In this document: positions 49,240 through 61,794 of the stretch, piece by piece
Numbering within the stretch: the first letter of the stretch is position 1
Layout of the letters: each line of letters starts with the position of its first letter
Origin: Vitrella brassicaformis CCMP3155
Taxonomy: Eukaryota; Protista; Chromerida
Reading direction: 5' to 3'
NCBI GenBank assembly: GCA_001179505.1
Contig: CDMY01000267.1
Location: 78,224 to 142,223, forward strand
DNA length: 64,000 nt
Made by a program: the position numbers and the translations under genes
Notes under the pieces: generated by a model
What the model was told of the DNA's origin: nothing
What the model saw: only the letters and a program-made list of their open reading frames with translations
The model's database searches: none

Positions 49240-50010
49240 GCACATGACCTGACCTGCACATTCGTCCGCATCTTTCCATCTCTTTGTGCGACAGGGAGGA
49301 GGTTGACGCTGAGTTTCGAGCGGTGCTGCAGGGCATCCAGGCCGACCAGTACAAAGTGCCCATCACCGTCTCGACTGTCGAGAAAATGGTATTATACACA
49401 CAATGGAGCAGAGCAGATCCAGACAGGTAGACAAGAAACGACAATGTGTGTTGCTTGTGTGTGTGTATGCTGTGGATGCAGGCTTTCCCCGCCAAGGCAT
49501 CATCAGAGTCAGAGTAGAGTTGAGGACCTCGGCCCGGCCACTGTTGTGTGAGGGATGGATGTGTGGGTGGCACCCCAACACAATGGTCTGTCTGTCTGTC
49601 TGTGTCTGTTCTACCACCTCTCACTCATCGATAGTTTGTTTCACCAGTCAGTGCCGATTTTTGGCTCCATGACAAACATGCTTTTCAACGACTCTACTCC
49701 ACAGCGAGACAGACAGACAGACAGACACATAGACGGACGGACGGACGGACGGGAGGGGTGAGTTGATGCGGCTCACAGGAGGGCCGTGGTGTGCCTGCCT
49801 GCCTGCCTGCCTGTGTGTGTTGTGTCTGTTGAGTGGGGGCCGTGCTTACAGACAGAGATGTGACTCGACAGCTGCTACTTTCAACTTGAAACCCAGATCG
49901 GCTCAGATCCTCGCCAAACCCGGCCGTCGCCCGGCCCGCTCGCGTGTACGCTATGCAAGGTTTGAACCCTTGACCTCCGCAGACCTCCGCAGATCTCTGA
50001 GCAGACGACG

Positions 50011-53000
50011 ATGGAGGTGAGCAGGTGGACGAGGGCAGCACAGCTGAGACCGTTGATCTCAGACGTATCCGTTTGTTTGCGCCTGGTGTGCCTGTCAGGA
50101 GGCGGCCTCGAAGCGGAAGAAGAGGGACCACGATGCCCCAGGAGCTGCCGCAGCAGCTGCTGCCCGCCAATCTGTCAGTGGCCAGGCACACAGCATACAG
50201 AGGGCAAGTGTTGTGCTGATGTCTGTCTGTCTGTCAGGTTCGTCTGCCGGGAGATGGCGAGTGCTTCCAGCGCACAACAGTGGGCAACGGCATCGCCAGC
50301 CAAAAGGTGAAAACAACTTGTCGACGATTGCACCAAGACAGAGAGTCATTGTGTCTTGGTGCTGTCTATCGGGTGCTGTCTGTATGTCTGTCTGTCTGTC
50401 TGGTGTCTGTCTGTCAGGTGGTTGGTTTGTGTGACTTGGAGCCGGTGCATTTGTCTCACTTGGGAGTCTTCTTCACCACTATCGAGCGGCTGCCCCTCTC
50501 GGCTCTCTGTCTTGGCATGTACCGGCATCTACCGTGACCTGACCATCGCTCAAGATGAGCACAAGATCTGGAAGAGCGTGGTAGGTTTATGCGTCCGTCC
50601 ATCGAGTCTCTGACTGACGAGCACCGGCATCACCTTGCTCTCTTTCTGTCGTCCTGTGCGTTTCCTGTGTGTGCGTGTTTGTGTCAGATTGACGGTCCTA
50701 CGCATAACCGCCACACAGAGAAGGAGGCGGCAAAGGACGGGGCCGAGAACAAAGTCAAGAAACGAATGGTGGGTGCTGGCGAGGGCAGTGCTGCCTCGCC
50801 ATCATCATTGCTGAAATCTCTCTGTGCAGGGCAATCTGCAGACTGTCAATATCGACGCGACCGAAGGCCAACTCCCCCTGGCGGTGGAGCTACTCCAGGC
50901 ATCCAAGGCCACTCTCAAGTACATCCGCATCGACGAGCCGACGGCGAGGAGGCCATGGGAGGGCGGGGCACCTGGCGCACAGGGCGGGGCAGCGGCGTCT
51001 GGGGTGGTCTTTGACGGGGTCGAGGAGCTGCGTGTCACCAATCAGCTGTGGCTGGAGACATTCAGGTCCCCTGGCGGGGTGGGGCAGCACAATACAAGAC
51101 AAGACAAGACAGCACACACACCCTCAATGGACGCACTAGTGCATGTTGCCCCTCGGCTTCTGTCTGTATGTCTGTATCTCTTTCTCCCTGTGTGTGTGCA
51201 TTCAGGCGCCACGGGTGGGTATTTCCCGAGCTCTCTAAGCTGGGGGTGGGCCACGTGTATTCCAGCGACCGTTACGGTGGTGCCGGCTTCCAGTGGCACC
51301 ACCAGAACACGCACTTGACCCTCCCCTCACTCACACACATAGTGTCGACATCGCCAAAGCTGACGTCCATCCAAGCCGACGTCATCGACACGGTGGACGG
51401 CACCGAGTGGCGGGCATTCTGCGATGCGGTGGCCGGGTGTGCCAACCTGACTTCCATCGAGGGGCTCACCCTCTTGGCCAGCGACGAGATCAGACTTTCG
51501 GCTGAGCAGAAGAAGGCAGATAGCAAACACAACAGGTGGGTCCCGCGACACGATGGCTTGTCGGTCTCTGTGTGTTGTGATGCTGTGTTCCTTGCCTCTA
51601 CCAGTGTGTTGAAGCGTCCTGTGTACCACTCGCTGGCCGCCCTCACAACTGCCCTCAACACGCACTGGAGTGACGAGCACGGCCTCGATGGTGATATTAA
51701 GGACAGGGGCAGCGACGGCATGCCTTCACCATCGGCCGCCGAGGAACCACATACTCTCAAGAGCGAGAGCGTCGAACAGGTCAACGCGAAAGGCGACACG
51801 GAGAGAACAGGTACACAAGCAACCGAGAGAGTGCCTATCTCATCTTAGTGGCTATTGTTATGCATTCAGAAGCGCGGCCCAGGAAGCTGTCCTTCAACCA
51901 TGAGTTCGTCTTTGGTGCCAGCTTCTGTCGGCAGCTCAAGCGGCGTCTCGGCACCGACGACTTCACGCTCCAGGACCTCCTTGAGTGGGCACGTGGCGTC
52001 AAGTGTCAGCTCGAGTGGCGCCAACGCAGAGAGGATCTGGAAGACCCAGACGACAGACCCCCGCACCCACTCGACATCTCCTCCACGACGGCTCCTGCAC
52101 GGCTGCGGTGGAGGGACGTGGTTATCGACTGTGCGAGCAAGACCCCGACAGGCGACGCCACGGCGCCGAAAGACGGCCTCGTGGCGGACCTGATCAGAGT
52201 TGTCGCCAAGACGCACGAGAAGGTGGGTGAGAACGGGCCAGTACTGGGGATGGGTGTCGTTATGAATGGAATGCTCCCTCACACACAGGTCGATTTGGTG
52301 TCTGCTGGGTTTCCCATCGACGACTCGTGGGCCGAGCTGCTCACCTTCCCCCGTGCCACCCACTTGTCCGTCCGAGGAGGGCGGGGCCTCCAGAAGATGC
52401 TGGAGGGCATCCCGGGATGGCTGCTCGATGTCGACGAGGGAGGCAACAATCGACGGCTGCCTTCGGTCCAGCACTTGTACGTCGAGCTGCTGGGTGAGCT
52501 GCCGCGTGGTGCAAATGCAGGCAAGCTCCAGGCGCTGGTGGGCAGCCTCAAGCACCTGAGGACGGTGCGCATCTTTGGCCACGGGCTTGGCGACATGAGC
52601 CAGTGTGTGTCTTACCTGTGCCCTGCCCAGCCCCTAGACAAGCTAGAGCTGTTTTTCTATGAGGATACTGGCTATGATGTGGACGAGGCGGCGCATAAAG
52701 TGCGCCCCAACCTGAGCTACCCACTCATCGCGGGCATTTTTTCCGCCCGAATCAACTCTGATCCTGGGTGCATTCGGGGGGTGCCTCGTGACTGTGTGAC
52801 GAGCATGCTGTCGATGGCTTTGACCATGCGGCCGAGCAAGGTCGATTTTGACCTGCAAGTATGGCCTCTGCCCGAGTGGTATCCTGATGAGCACTGCATG
52901 TACTCGTTAAATGATGACAGCCCATCTCAAGAGGAAGGGGCCGATGAAGAGGGAGGGGAAGAGGGAGAGGGAGGCTGGGAGAAGTCGAGAGATGAGTTCA

Positions 53001-53152
53001 GTGCCAAGTGTACGGCCATGGTCCAGGATGCATACGATGTGCAGTGTTTTGAGCATTCGGTGGATTTCCCTTCCATGGGTGTGCGGGATGATATCCACGT
53101 CTACTTTCAGCTGGGGCTGACGCGGAAGGAGGGGGCAGGGGCAGGCAGGTAG
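50011..53152 (+). pseudogene. F-box-like family paralogue 2, apparently frameshifted
   Basis: The F-box frame LCDLEPVHLSHLG..PLSALCLGMYRHLP stops at TGA 50535-50537, while the conserved YRDLTI..EH..WK continues in another frame. Downstream exons are open to 53152. Confidence 0.65.
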
Positions 53153-53773
53153 GCAATTAAGGTTGAGAGCAGTGGCGGTAGACAATAGGCATTGTAGGTG
53201 TCTGGTCTGCATGGACCCATAAAGGAAAGGCCGATTTGTTTCGTGAAAGTATGTGCGTGCGTGGCTGCAATTGATAGGGAGACTCCGCCACGTGTGTGGC
53301 GGAGGTGAGAGCATGTCTTAACACGGTGACGGATGGATTCTTTTTCTGGTGTGCTGTGCGTCAGCGTCCACGCCCTTCTGCCTTTGTCGATGCGTGCATG
53401 CGTGCGTGCACAGCCGATGTGAGGCTACCGAGAGAGAAAGGATTTGTTGACTTATGAAGTGTATGCATGTGGGACGCTAGCGTGTGTGCATGTGTGGGAG
53501 CGTGACTCGTGTGTGCCCCTCTTTCCCCCCTCTCACCCCCCATCATGGCTGGGCTGCCATGTATGTGTGTGTCGATGGGATTGCCAGTGGCAACACACAC
53601 ACACACACACACACACATACCCATTGGTCCTTTGATTGAGAGTGGATAGTCAGATGACTGACTGGCTGCCTGTCTGTCTGTCTGTCTGCGTATATGAACG
53701 GACAAACGAACAACTCAATGGAAGATCAAGGAACCTCCCCGTGAGCGTTTCCCTCTGCGTGCTCTCCCTCCCT

Positions 53774-54073
53774 NNNNNNNNNNNNNNNNNNNNNNNNNNN
53801 NNNNNNNNNNNNNNNNNNNNNNNNNNNNNNNNNNNNNNNNNNNNNNNNNNNNNNNNNNNNNNNNNNNNNNNNNNNNNNNNNNNNNNNNNNNNNNNNNNNN
53901 NNNNNNNNNNNNNNNNNNNNNNNNNNNNNNNNNNNNNNNNNNNNNNNNNNNNNNNNNNNNNNNNNNNNNNNNNNNNNNNNNNNNNNNNNNNNNNNNNNNN
54001 NNNNNNNNNNNNNNNNNNNNNNNNNNNNNNNNNNNNNNNNNNNNNNNNNNNNNNNNNNNNNNNNNNNNNNNNN
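53774..54073. other. Assembly gap (300 N)
   Basis: Exactly 300 N between a ccct tract and poly-C. Confidence 0.99.
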
Positions 54074-54180
54074 CCCCCCCCCCCCCCCCCCAAAAAAAAA
54101 TCAAGGAACGAATCCAACAGACAAGACACACATCATCCACGGACGCACCAGAAGGCTGTGCGCATGTGGATGACATACAG

Positions 54181-54294
54181 ACACTCTGAGAGACACGCCC
54201 ACACAGTGTCATCCAAATCATCAGTCATGTCTCCCTGTCCCTCCAGGCCTCCTTCTGTCTTTTCCACTCGCCGGCCCTCTGCCTCCGATACTCC
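54181..54294. repeat. Dispersed copy of the 3' end of the RPAP3-like gene (matches 60525-60637)
   Basis: About 113 bp near-identical, from acactctgag to tttccactcgccggccctctgcctccgatactccg. Confidence 0.9.
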
Positions 54295-54758
54295 GGAGGT
54301 GTCTATCAGGGACCTCAACATTGATATACAACAAACGGCGCCTCACCGACGCACACACACCAATCAGACCGGCGTCATGGTCGGGAGGGATGTTCGGTCT
54401 CGCGAACATGGGTATGTGCATGCGCGGCTCGCGTGCGTGCGTGTTGCTGGATGGATGGATAGATGTAGGAGGAATTGGAAGACGTATGGCTGTGTTGGTG
54501 GCTGCGAAATATGCGTGTCTCTTCGTCTCGTCTAATTGAGTTTCTTTACATTTGGAGTCAGTCAGTGTGTAGTCATCATTCGTTCGCTCAGGCCTACCCG
54601 CCCATCCACCCACAAAAAACAACACAATCACGGACACGCACCACCCTCACACAGCCTCACCCCCTCCAGCCGCTCCGGCACCTGTATGTGATGCTGCACT
54701 CGACGAGGCACCGAGTGCGGCCGTACTCCCACCCCTCGCACCGAGTGCGGCCGTCCTC

Positions 54759-56216
54759 CTACCCTGCGACAGCACCCCTGGATCCGACTGGGTCGAGGGA
54801 GAAGAGTCGCCGAGGACTGGTGGGTGCGACGTCATCGTTAGCTGCACAGCGCCAGCTGCTGTGGCTTGCCAACCAGACTGGTTGGTCGTCACTGGCTGGG
54901 TCACACCGGCTGGGCCCGGCTCGCTTGTGCTCAATTCTTGGTAGGGCTGAAAAGTGGTGTCTTGAGAGAGTCCGCAGCACACGCCGATGTTCCACAGACA
55001 GCCTGCGATCCATGATAGGCTTCGAGTGGGAAAAGAGACGAAAGCCCCAGACAGAAGAGGGAGATGTCCCCACTTGAGTCCTAATAATCCTTGAGGGCGA
55101 ATAATCCCATGGAGTAGACCTCGTAGATGAACCAGCCGAGGGATCCCAAGAAAAAGGACCACCAGAAGACCCTGAAGCCAATAGGGTATCGGCGTCTCGT
55201 GGTCGCCTGATTGCATCGGACACCCAGCGACACACACAACAGAAGGAATGCTGGAGTTCTCTGGCATTCCCATCTCCCTTCCTCCCTCCCTCCCTCNNNN
55301 NNNNNNNNNNNNNNNNNNNNNNNNNNNNNNNNNNNNNNNNNNNNNNNNNNNNNNNNNNNNNNNNNNNNNNNNNNNNNNNNNNNNNNNNNNNNNNNNNNNN
55401 NNNNNNNNNNNNNNNNNNNNNNNNNNNNNNNNNNNNNNNNNNNNNNNNNNNNNNNNNNNNNNNNNNNNNNNNNNNNNNNNNNNNNNNNNNNNNNNNNNNN
55501 NNNNNNNNNNNNNNNNNNNNNNNNNNNNNNNNNNNNNNNNNNNNNNNNNNNNNNNNNNNNNNNNNNNNNNNNNNNNNNNNNNNNNNNNNNNNNNNNCCCT
55601 CCCTCCCTCCCTCCCTCCCTCTCAGTCCCATCACTCTCTCGGTCAGCCATTCTTACTCTTGAGTCACAGGTGTGTTGGCTTGGTCAGTCGAAGGCACAGG
55701 TGGCACAGGTTGCACAGGTGCTTGGCCCGAGGCAGCGGATGCAGCAGCGACACCAGGAGGGGTGAGCCTTACGCGAACAGTGAATCGACACGGCTCTGCA
55801 GATCGTGCCTTAGCCGCCTGATCGATCAGTTTCAGACACACAAAGCAAACACGAGACAAAATTGGACTCACAGGTGAAGGCACATCAAGTTGATGCACAA
55901 TTATCTCTACCTGCAGTGCGGTTGATGCGGTGTCGTCATCTCCGTAGTTGAACCACTCTCCCTGGCTCGCATACTGCAGCACGTAGCCCTCCCTGCCTTG
56001 ATGATCGGCACGCAGCTTGTTGAGGAGCCGATTGCGAAGCTCCCGACAGCTGGTCTCCTGGCCCTCCAGACCTGTTCTGAACCCTCTCGTGAACCACAGC
56101 CGGACCTGAAGATTGTCCGCTGCTTGCCCACCGGCTCCCGTTGCGACGTTGCAGTTGAACAGTACCCGGCACTGCAGGGGAAGTGCCTCTTCCTGCAGAT
56201 TGAACAACATCTGCAC
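54759..56216 (-). CDS. Hypothetical protein (boundaries uncertain; one intron contains an N gap)
   Basis: Open frame LQVRLWFTRG..YVLQYASQGEWFNYGDDD (weakly PB1-like), then splice-compatible Ala/Pro/Ser-rich exons. No clear ATG start. Confidence 0.35.
55297..55596. other. Assembly gap (300 N)
   Basis: Exactly 300 N within a (ccct)n microsatellite. Confidence 0.99.
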
Positions 56217-57274
56217 GTCGGTGACGAGGGGGACTGCCGACGAGCTGATGATCGTTTACACGGAAGCATGGGCGACCAGCACGTCTGATCTAGAGCCGAC
56301 GAGCTTGCGGCATTAGGGTTCTTCGTGAACCGTTCGCGACGCCCCAAAAGCACCAGGGGGGTGTGCAGTGCATGTCTTGCTGACAATTATATTAACAGCC
56401 ATACTCATTCATACAGACATGTCAATCGGATGTTGTGAGCGACACGACACCCACCGCACTTTTCTTCTGTCTGGTGTGCAGTGCGTCAGCGTCAGCATGG
56501 CCTCCTGCCTTTATCGATGCGGGCGGTCATGCGTGCGTGCGTGCGTGCGTGTGAGGCTACAGAGAGGAATGATTCATTGACGTGAAGTGGTGTGTGTGGT
56601 TCGCTGGCGTGTGTTGGATTGATTCTTTGATCTTCCGCTGATTTGTTCGTTGGTCCGTATGCAGACAGCCAGACAGCCAGCCAGCCAGACAGACAGCATG
56701 TAAAAAGGAAAGTCATCCGTCCAGCTACGATATCCACCCACCCCCCATCCACAAGATATGATGTGTGTGTCTGTCCGTTTTGCGACACGTGCGAAGGAAG
56801 CCAAGCGTGTGAGAGGGATTGTGTTGGTGTCGACACACTTGCAGCCATGCCATGCCATGGGTGCGGTGGATAGGGAGAGAAAAGGAAAGGGAGACAGCCA
56901 GGCGCATGGCAGGCAGGCAAACCAACCATAATGTTGGCATCTTAAAAGACACACCACACCCAGAATAGGATACATAGGATGCTTAGTTGTCCTACACACA
57001 AAGGGGGGAGGTCAGCCAGACAGAGGGCGGGCAGGCGGTACGCAGACAGACAGACAGACAGACAGAGACGGACAGACAAGACAGGCCAACCCACACACAC
57101 CCACCGCCCTCTCTCCGATATGCACTACGGCCCAACCAGCTACGACCGCCCCCGAGTCACTCCATGGCATCCATTCCCCCACCCACCCCCGCGTACACAC
57201 TCTTGAAGCCCTTGCCCCGGCAGAAATCGAAGTACCGGCCCTTTTCATCCTCGAAGGTGAGGACATACTCTGAG

Positions 57275-58129
57275 TCATCTTTTTTTTACCGAGCTGCCCG
57301 CTATTTTCGGCCGTTCGCCCTCGTCCGTCGTCTTGTGGCACATGGCCGCCAGACCGTCGGAGGCGCAGACGCCCAGGTAGCGCATTGAGTAGCAAAATTT
57401 TGGGCCCTCGAAGGAGGAACCACCGCAAACATGCTTCTCCTGGATAGCCTCACTGACCACGCAGACGCCACCCGTGCCGCAAGCACGGGTCGACCCCCCT
57501 AGTATACGCCCCACTACAACCCAGCAAAGTTTGCCTGCATTGCACGATCCATACATAATCCACACCAACACAATGCATAATTCATTGTCAGGGAGGGAGG
57601 GAACAAGTGTTTGTTCCTGTGTGTGTACTTTCAGGCTGCTGGTGGGATTCGGTTGCGGCTGTCATTTGCATCATCGCGATGCTATGAGCCTTATCGATGG
57701 CTACGTTGATGGCTTGAATGGCCGACTGGGTCAGCTCTTCGGCCGCAATGGTCAGCTCGTTCGCCGCGGTGTTGAGCTTCATGGCGGACTGGTAGATGGC
57801 CTTGCCCATCTGGATCTGCTGCTGCACCATCGACGACTCCACCGTCGACACATCTGTTCATGTTTGTCCGTGCCGTGGACCAACGCGTGTGTGGCCCCCG
57901 GCGCATCGTTACACATCAATCAATCACACACGATCTGAAGGAACCACACAAGCCGAAAAGCAGCAACGACACACAAGATGGGCACATCTGCCATGACGTG
58001 TGGTCGGATCGGTGCGGTGTGGCTTCCCTATGGCTTACCTTGGCCATGGGAGCGCTGGGCTGCCAGCAGAGGCCGCACAATGGCCGCCAGGCCAACCACC
58101 ACGACGATGCCGAAGCCGAAACGCATCAT
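57275..58129 (-). CDS. Small secreted protein: signal peptide, Ala/Gln-rich helix, Cys-rich C-terminus (three exons)
   Basis: MMRFGFGIVVVVGLAAIVRPLLAA signal. Phase-1 introns join QDVSTVESSMVQQQIQ... and SKLCWVVVG...; the last exon has 7 Cys. Confidence 0.6.
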
Positions 58130-58283
58130 GACGGAGCCGCAGACGTGAGAAACGATGCGTATGCTTGGCGACTTAAAGGGAAGATCTCTCTCTGACGCAA
58201 GAGAACCTCCGATGCAATCGAATTGAACCTGGCCGGAGCTCGCAAAGATCTGACCTTCCAACCGAGCCACCGTCCATCCCGTG

Positions 58284-59764
58284 ATGCCTGGGCAGACGGA
58301 GAGCTCCTCCGCTGCTGTGCCGTGCTACGGCATCATCACTGCCAACTCACAGGTGAGCGATGGATCATTGAGTGAGGAGGGCACAGTGAGGGCAGCAGAT
58401 GGACGACTCACTTAGTGGCCATCGTTGGTGATGTGACTGGTGGCAATGCGGTGTGGTGCAGAGCGGCCTCTCGTGTGCGCGGTATCTGTGCGACACCCTG
58501 GACCTCACACACATGACAGGTGCACTGCACTGACAGCACAAGACGGCGGCAGGGAGAGAGGGGGGGAGAGCGCTATTCAATTCACCTCATTAGCTGCTTT
58601 AATTCCACCCTCCCTCCCTCTTTGTGTGTGCAGGTGTAGTGAGATGCATTGTGCGCAGCGAGGACAAGAAGGGCAAGATCCTCCACACACTGGGGAGGAA
58701 ACAAGACGACCCACGGCTGCAGTTCCATTGCGGGGTGGATGCCGACGACGAGGCGTCGCTCCTGAGTGCCTTTGAGGGCTGCACGAGCCTCCTGGTCGTC
58801 ACACCGACCACCGCCACCCGAGGCCCTCAGACGCAGAAGATGCTGCACGCTGCCAAGAAGGCTAACGTCGCCCCAGGTTGGCATGATGGCAACAGACAAT
58901 TGCCGCTGACGATTCATGTGTGTGTGTGTGTGTGAATGGCAGGGTGGGTGGTGGTGGTGTCGTCATGGACTGTCATGATGAATCATCCGCTGTCCATTGA
59001 CCAATTTGAGCACTCCGAGAAGGTCGCTGCCGAACTGTTCCCTCACCGCGCCGCCACGCTGCGAGCAGGCTACTTCATGGTCGGCACACACAGTGACGCC
59101 GTTCGTGTGTGTCGATGCGCCCGTGTGTGTGTGTGTGCAGTCGAATTTCCTTGAATTTGGCTCGTCGGTCAGGAATGCCGGTTCGATCTTCCTGCCCATG
59201 AAAGACGCCCACTTCGCGCCTGTCGACCCTCAAGACATTGGCGCCACCGCCGCGGCCATCATGCTGACGCCGCCCGTGTGGCCCGCAGCGCTGCGGGTGG
59301 TCGACGTCAGCGGGCCGGAGACTGTCACGATGCAGGACGTCACACATCTGCTGTCACAGATCCTCGGTAAGTGGTAAATAAGTGGAGTGGGTCACTGAGC
59401 CAGCGGGACAGACGACAGAGGAGAGAGAAGAACGAGTGTGTGTCAACCAACTGTGTTGTGTTGATGTGTGTCTATCTCATCGTGTGTGTTTATGTGTGGA
59501 TGCCATCCATCGATGGTATTGATGTGTGGACTGGACTGCCCATCAGGGAAGGAGGTGCAGTACGTGTCAGTGGAGCTGGAGCAGGGGATGGCGGCGATGC
59601 GCACCCACGGGGCGCCGGACTGGGCCGTCGACTTCGTCAGGGCGCTCATCCCCTTCATGTGGAGCGGCATGATCGAGAAGCCTTACCGCGATGTGGAGAT
59701 CCTCACTGGACGACGCTCAACACTCAAGGTTTTTCTGGAGAGGCATAAGGCCGTCTTTGAGTGA
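58284..59764 (+). CDS. NmrA-like atypical short-chain dehydrogenase/reductase
   Basis: VRCIVRS, SLLSAFEG, TLRAGYFM|SNF, FAPVDPQDIGATAAAIML, VSGPETVTMQDV, LTGRRSTLKVFLERHKAVFE*. Confidence 0.85.
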
Positions 59765-60566
59765 ATAGGATAGGATAGCCTTGAAGGATTTGATTGATGT
59801 GTCTGTCTGGTGTGTGTCGTTTCTTTGTATGTTCTCCTCTCGAGTGAGTGAGCTGATCGATCGAGGAGACTTTGACGAATCAATCGCCCGATTGACCGAC
59901 TGACTTTGGGCACCCGATGCCATCCCACGAGGAGGGAGGCAGGGGGCCTGCTCCTTTTCTCGAGCAGCCTAGCCTGCCTAGCCTGTCTTGTCAGACTTGC
60001 TGGTGTCAGTCAGTCAGAGGGGAAGTGTGGCATTGACTGCAGTGATTGGCTCTATCTGCTGCAGTCACTGCAGCACTTCCTTTTTTGTGAGTGTGTGGTC
60101 TTCCTTCCTCACTCAGGTCCATCTCATCTTCTCTGGTGCACACAGCCATCCATCCACAAATCCATTGGTGTGCAGCATAGGCAGCGTGGGTTTGGATGGC
60201 CATAGAAGGGAATGAGTGAGTGCAGTGTGCAACGGTCTCTTCAATGGCCCCATCACGACTACCTCCACTAGTTGAGGGACTGACTGAAAGGTGTGTGGGT
60301 CTGCTCTTCAATGTGAAAGTGAATGCCTCACCCAATCTGTGCGTGTGCATCCGCTCACGAGGGACGAACGAGCAAACAAAGGAACGAAAGGATCCAGAAG
60401 ATAAAGACAAGATGCAATACACACGGCTGAAACCTCCTGTCTCTGGAGCCGCAGCCGCCCACACCGCACACCAGAAGGCCATAATTGATTGGGGATGAGA
60501 AAGGAAGTGTCTCACCGGCAATCAACACTCTGAGACACGCCCACACGAGTGTCATCCAATCATCAG

Positions 60567-61571
60567 TCATGTCTCCCTGTCCCTCCAGGCCTCCTTCTGT
60601 CTTTTCCACTCGCCGGCCCTCTGCCTCCGATACTCCGATATGCACTCCTTGACCAGCCCCCGGGCCTCCCTCTTCATCTTGGCGGCCATCTCACCCTCAC
60701 CATCCACAGGGCCGCACATGGCCACCTTCAGCAGGTCCCCACACGCATCTCGCCATTGGTGCAGACGCGCACAGGCGATTCCTCGGCGGTAGTGCGCCTT
60801 CATGGCCGCCGAGCGGTCCTCAGGCGAAGCCGTGGCGTCCTCCGTGTGTGTGAGAGCGGCCGTGCAGTCGCTGACGGCCTCTCTGTATCGGTGCAGCTTG
60901 AGATAGCACGACGCCCTGTTGAGCAGGAGGGTCCGCTCAGCCGATAAGATCTCTGCGCTGCGGTCGGCCGACGTCATGCTGGGCTGCCCATAGGACTGCA
61001 GGAGGCCCAGGGCGCTCGTGTAGTGGTCGAGGGCTGCCCGGTGGTCGCCTCTGCTGAAGAGTTTGTTGCCTTTGGCCTTTTTCTCGATGGCCGACGAGAG
61101 CAGAGTGCGGCGGACGGCCCACCCAGGCCCTCCGCCCTTGCCGATCTGCACCTTCATGGGCTTCCCCTGCCTCCCCTTAGCGGACTCAGCCCTCTCCTTC
61201 ACAAACGCACTGCCTGCGTGGTGGCTGGTGGTGGTGGTGATGGTGGCCGCCCGTTGGTCAGCCCCGGCGTCTCGGTCAAGCCTCTCTGCCTCTTGGTCAG
61301 CCCATCTGTCCCAGGCGGCGTAGTAGGCCTTCATGTCGGCCTTGTCGCGCTGCAGCTGACGCGCCTCGCCCTCCGCCTCCACCTGGTTGTCCTTTTGCGG
61401 GGCAGTGGCGGCGTGCTTGAAGGGGTTGTCCACCTTGTGTTTGGTCTTTGGGGCCCTCCTGAAGTCCTCCTGCCACTGGTAGAGGTCGTCGATGTAGCTG
61501 CGGGTCTCATCGGCGTTGCGGCGGATCTGGTGCTGAATCTCCATGACGTTCCGCTGGGCACTGACGGCCAT
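60567..61571 (-). CDS. RPAP3/Tah1-like TPR co-chaperone, single exon
   Basis: RPAP3-type N-terminus (IQHQIRRNADETRSYIDDLYQWQED). Three TPRs with carboxylate-clamp residues (EKKAKGNKLF, LLNRASCY, MKAHYRRG). Confidence 0.8.
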   Translation of the reverse strand: MAVSAQRNVMEIQHQIRRNADETRSYIDDLYQWQEDFRRAPKTKHKVDNPFKHAATAPQKDNQVEAEGEARQLQRDKADMKAYYAAWDRWADQEAERLDRDAGADQRAATITTTTSHHAGSAFVKERAESAKGRQGKPMKVQIGKGGGPGWAVRRTLLSSAIEKKAKGNKLFSRGDHRAALDHYTSALGLLQSYGQPSMTSADRSAEILSAERTLLLNRASCYLKLHRYREAVSDCTAALTHTEDATASPEDRSAAMKAHYRRGIACARLHQWRDACGDLLKVAMCGPVDGEGEMAAKMKREARGLVKECISEYRRQRAGEWKRQKEAWRDRET

Positions 61572-61794
61572 TGTGGTGGGCTCGTGGCTGACAGGGGATG
61601 CTGGAGACCAGTCGCTCTAGTCTTTTCGGTGAAGACGGTAACAGCTGCGAGACGCCCCCATGCAACGTGCTGGCCAATGCTCGCATCCCCTTTACCGGAA
61701 GGTCGCCCTTCTATCTCAGACACTCACACACAATGGCGAATTGGCAGAGGGGGATGGGGACATGTCGAGACATAGACATGGATGGAGACATGCA

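Noticed and set aside
54708-54765. Two-copy 30-bp tandem repeat (gcaccgagtgcggccgt...)
   Set aside because: Only two adjacent units with no spacers; not CRISPR-like and no function is supportable.
60220-60498. Possible small plus-strand gene between NmrA and RPAP3-like
   Set aside because: Short, no motif, weak splice signals; could be 3' UTR sequence.
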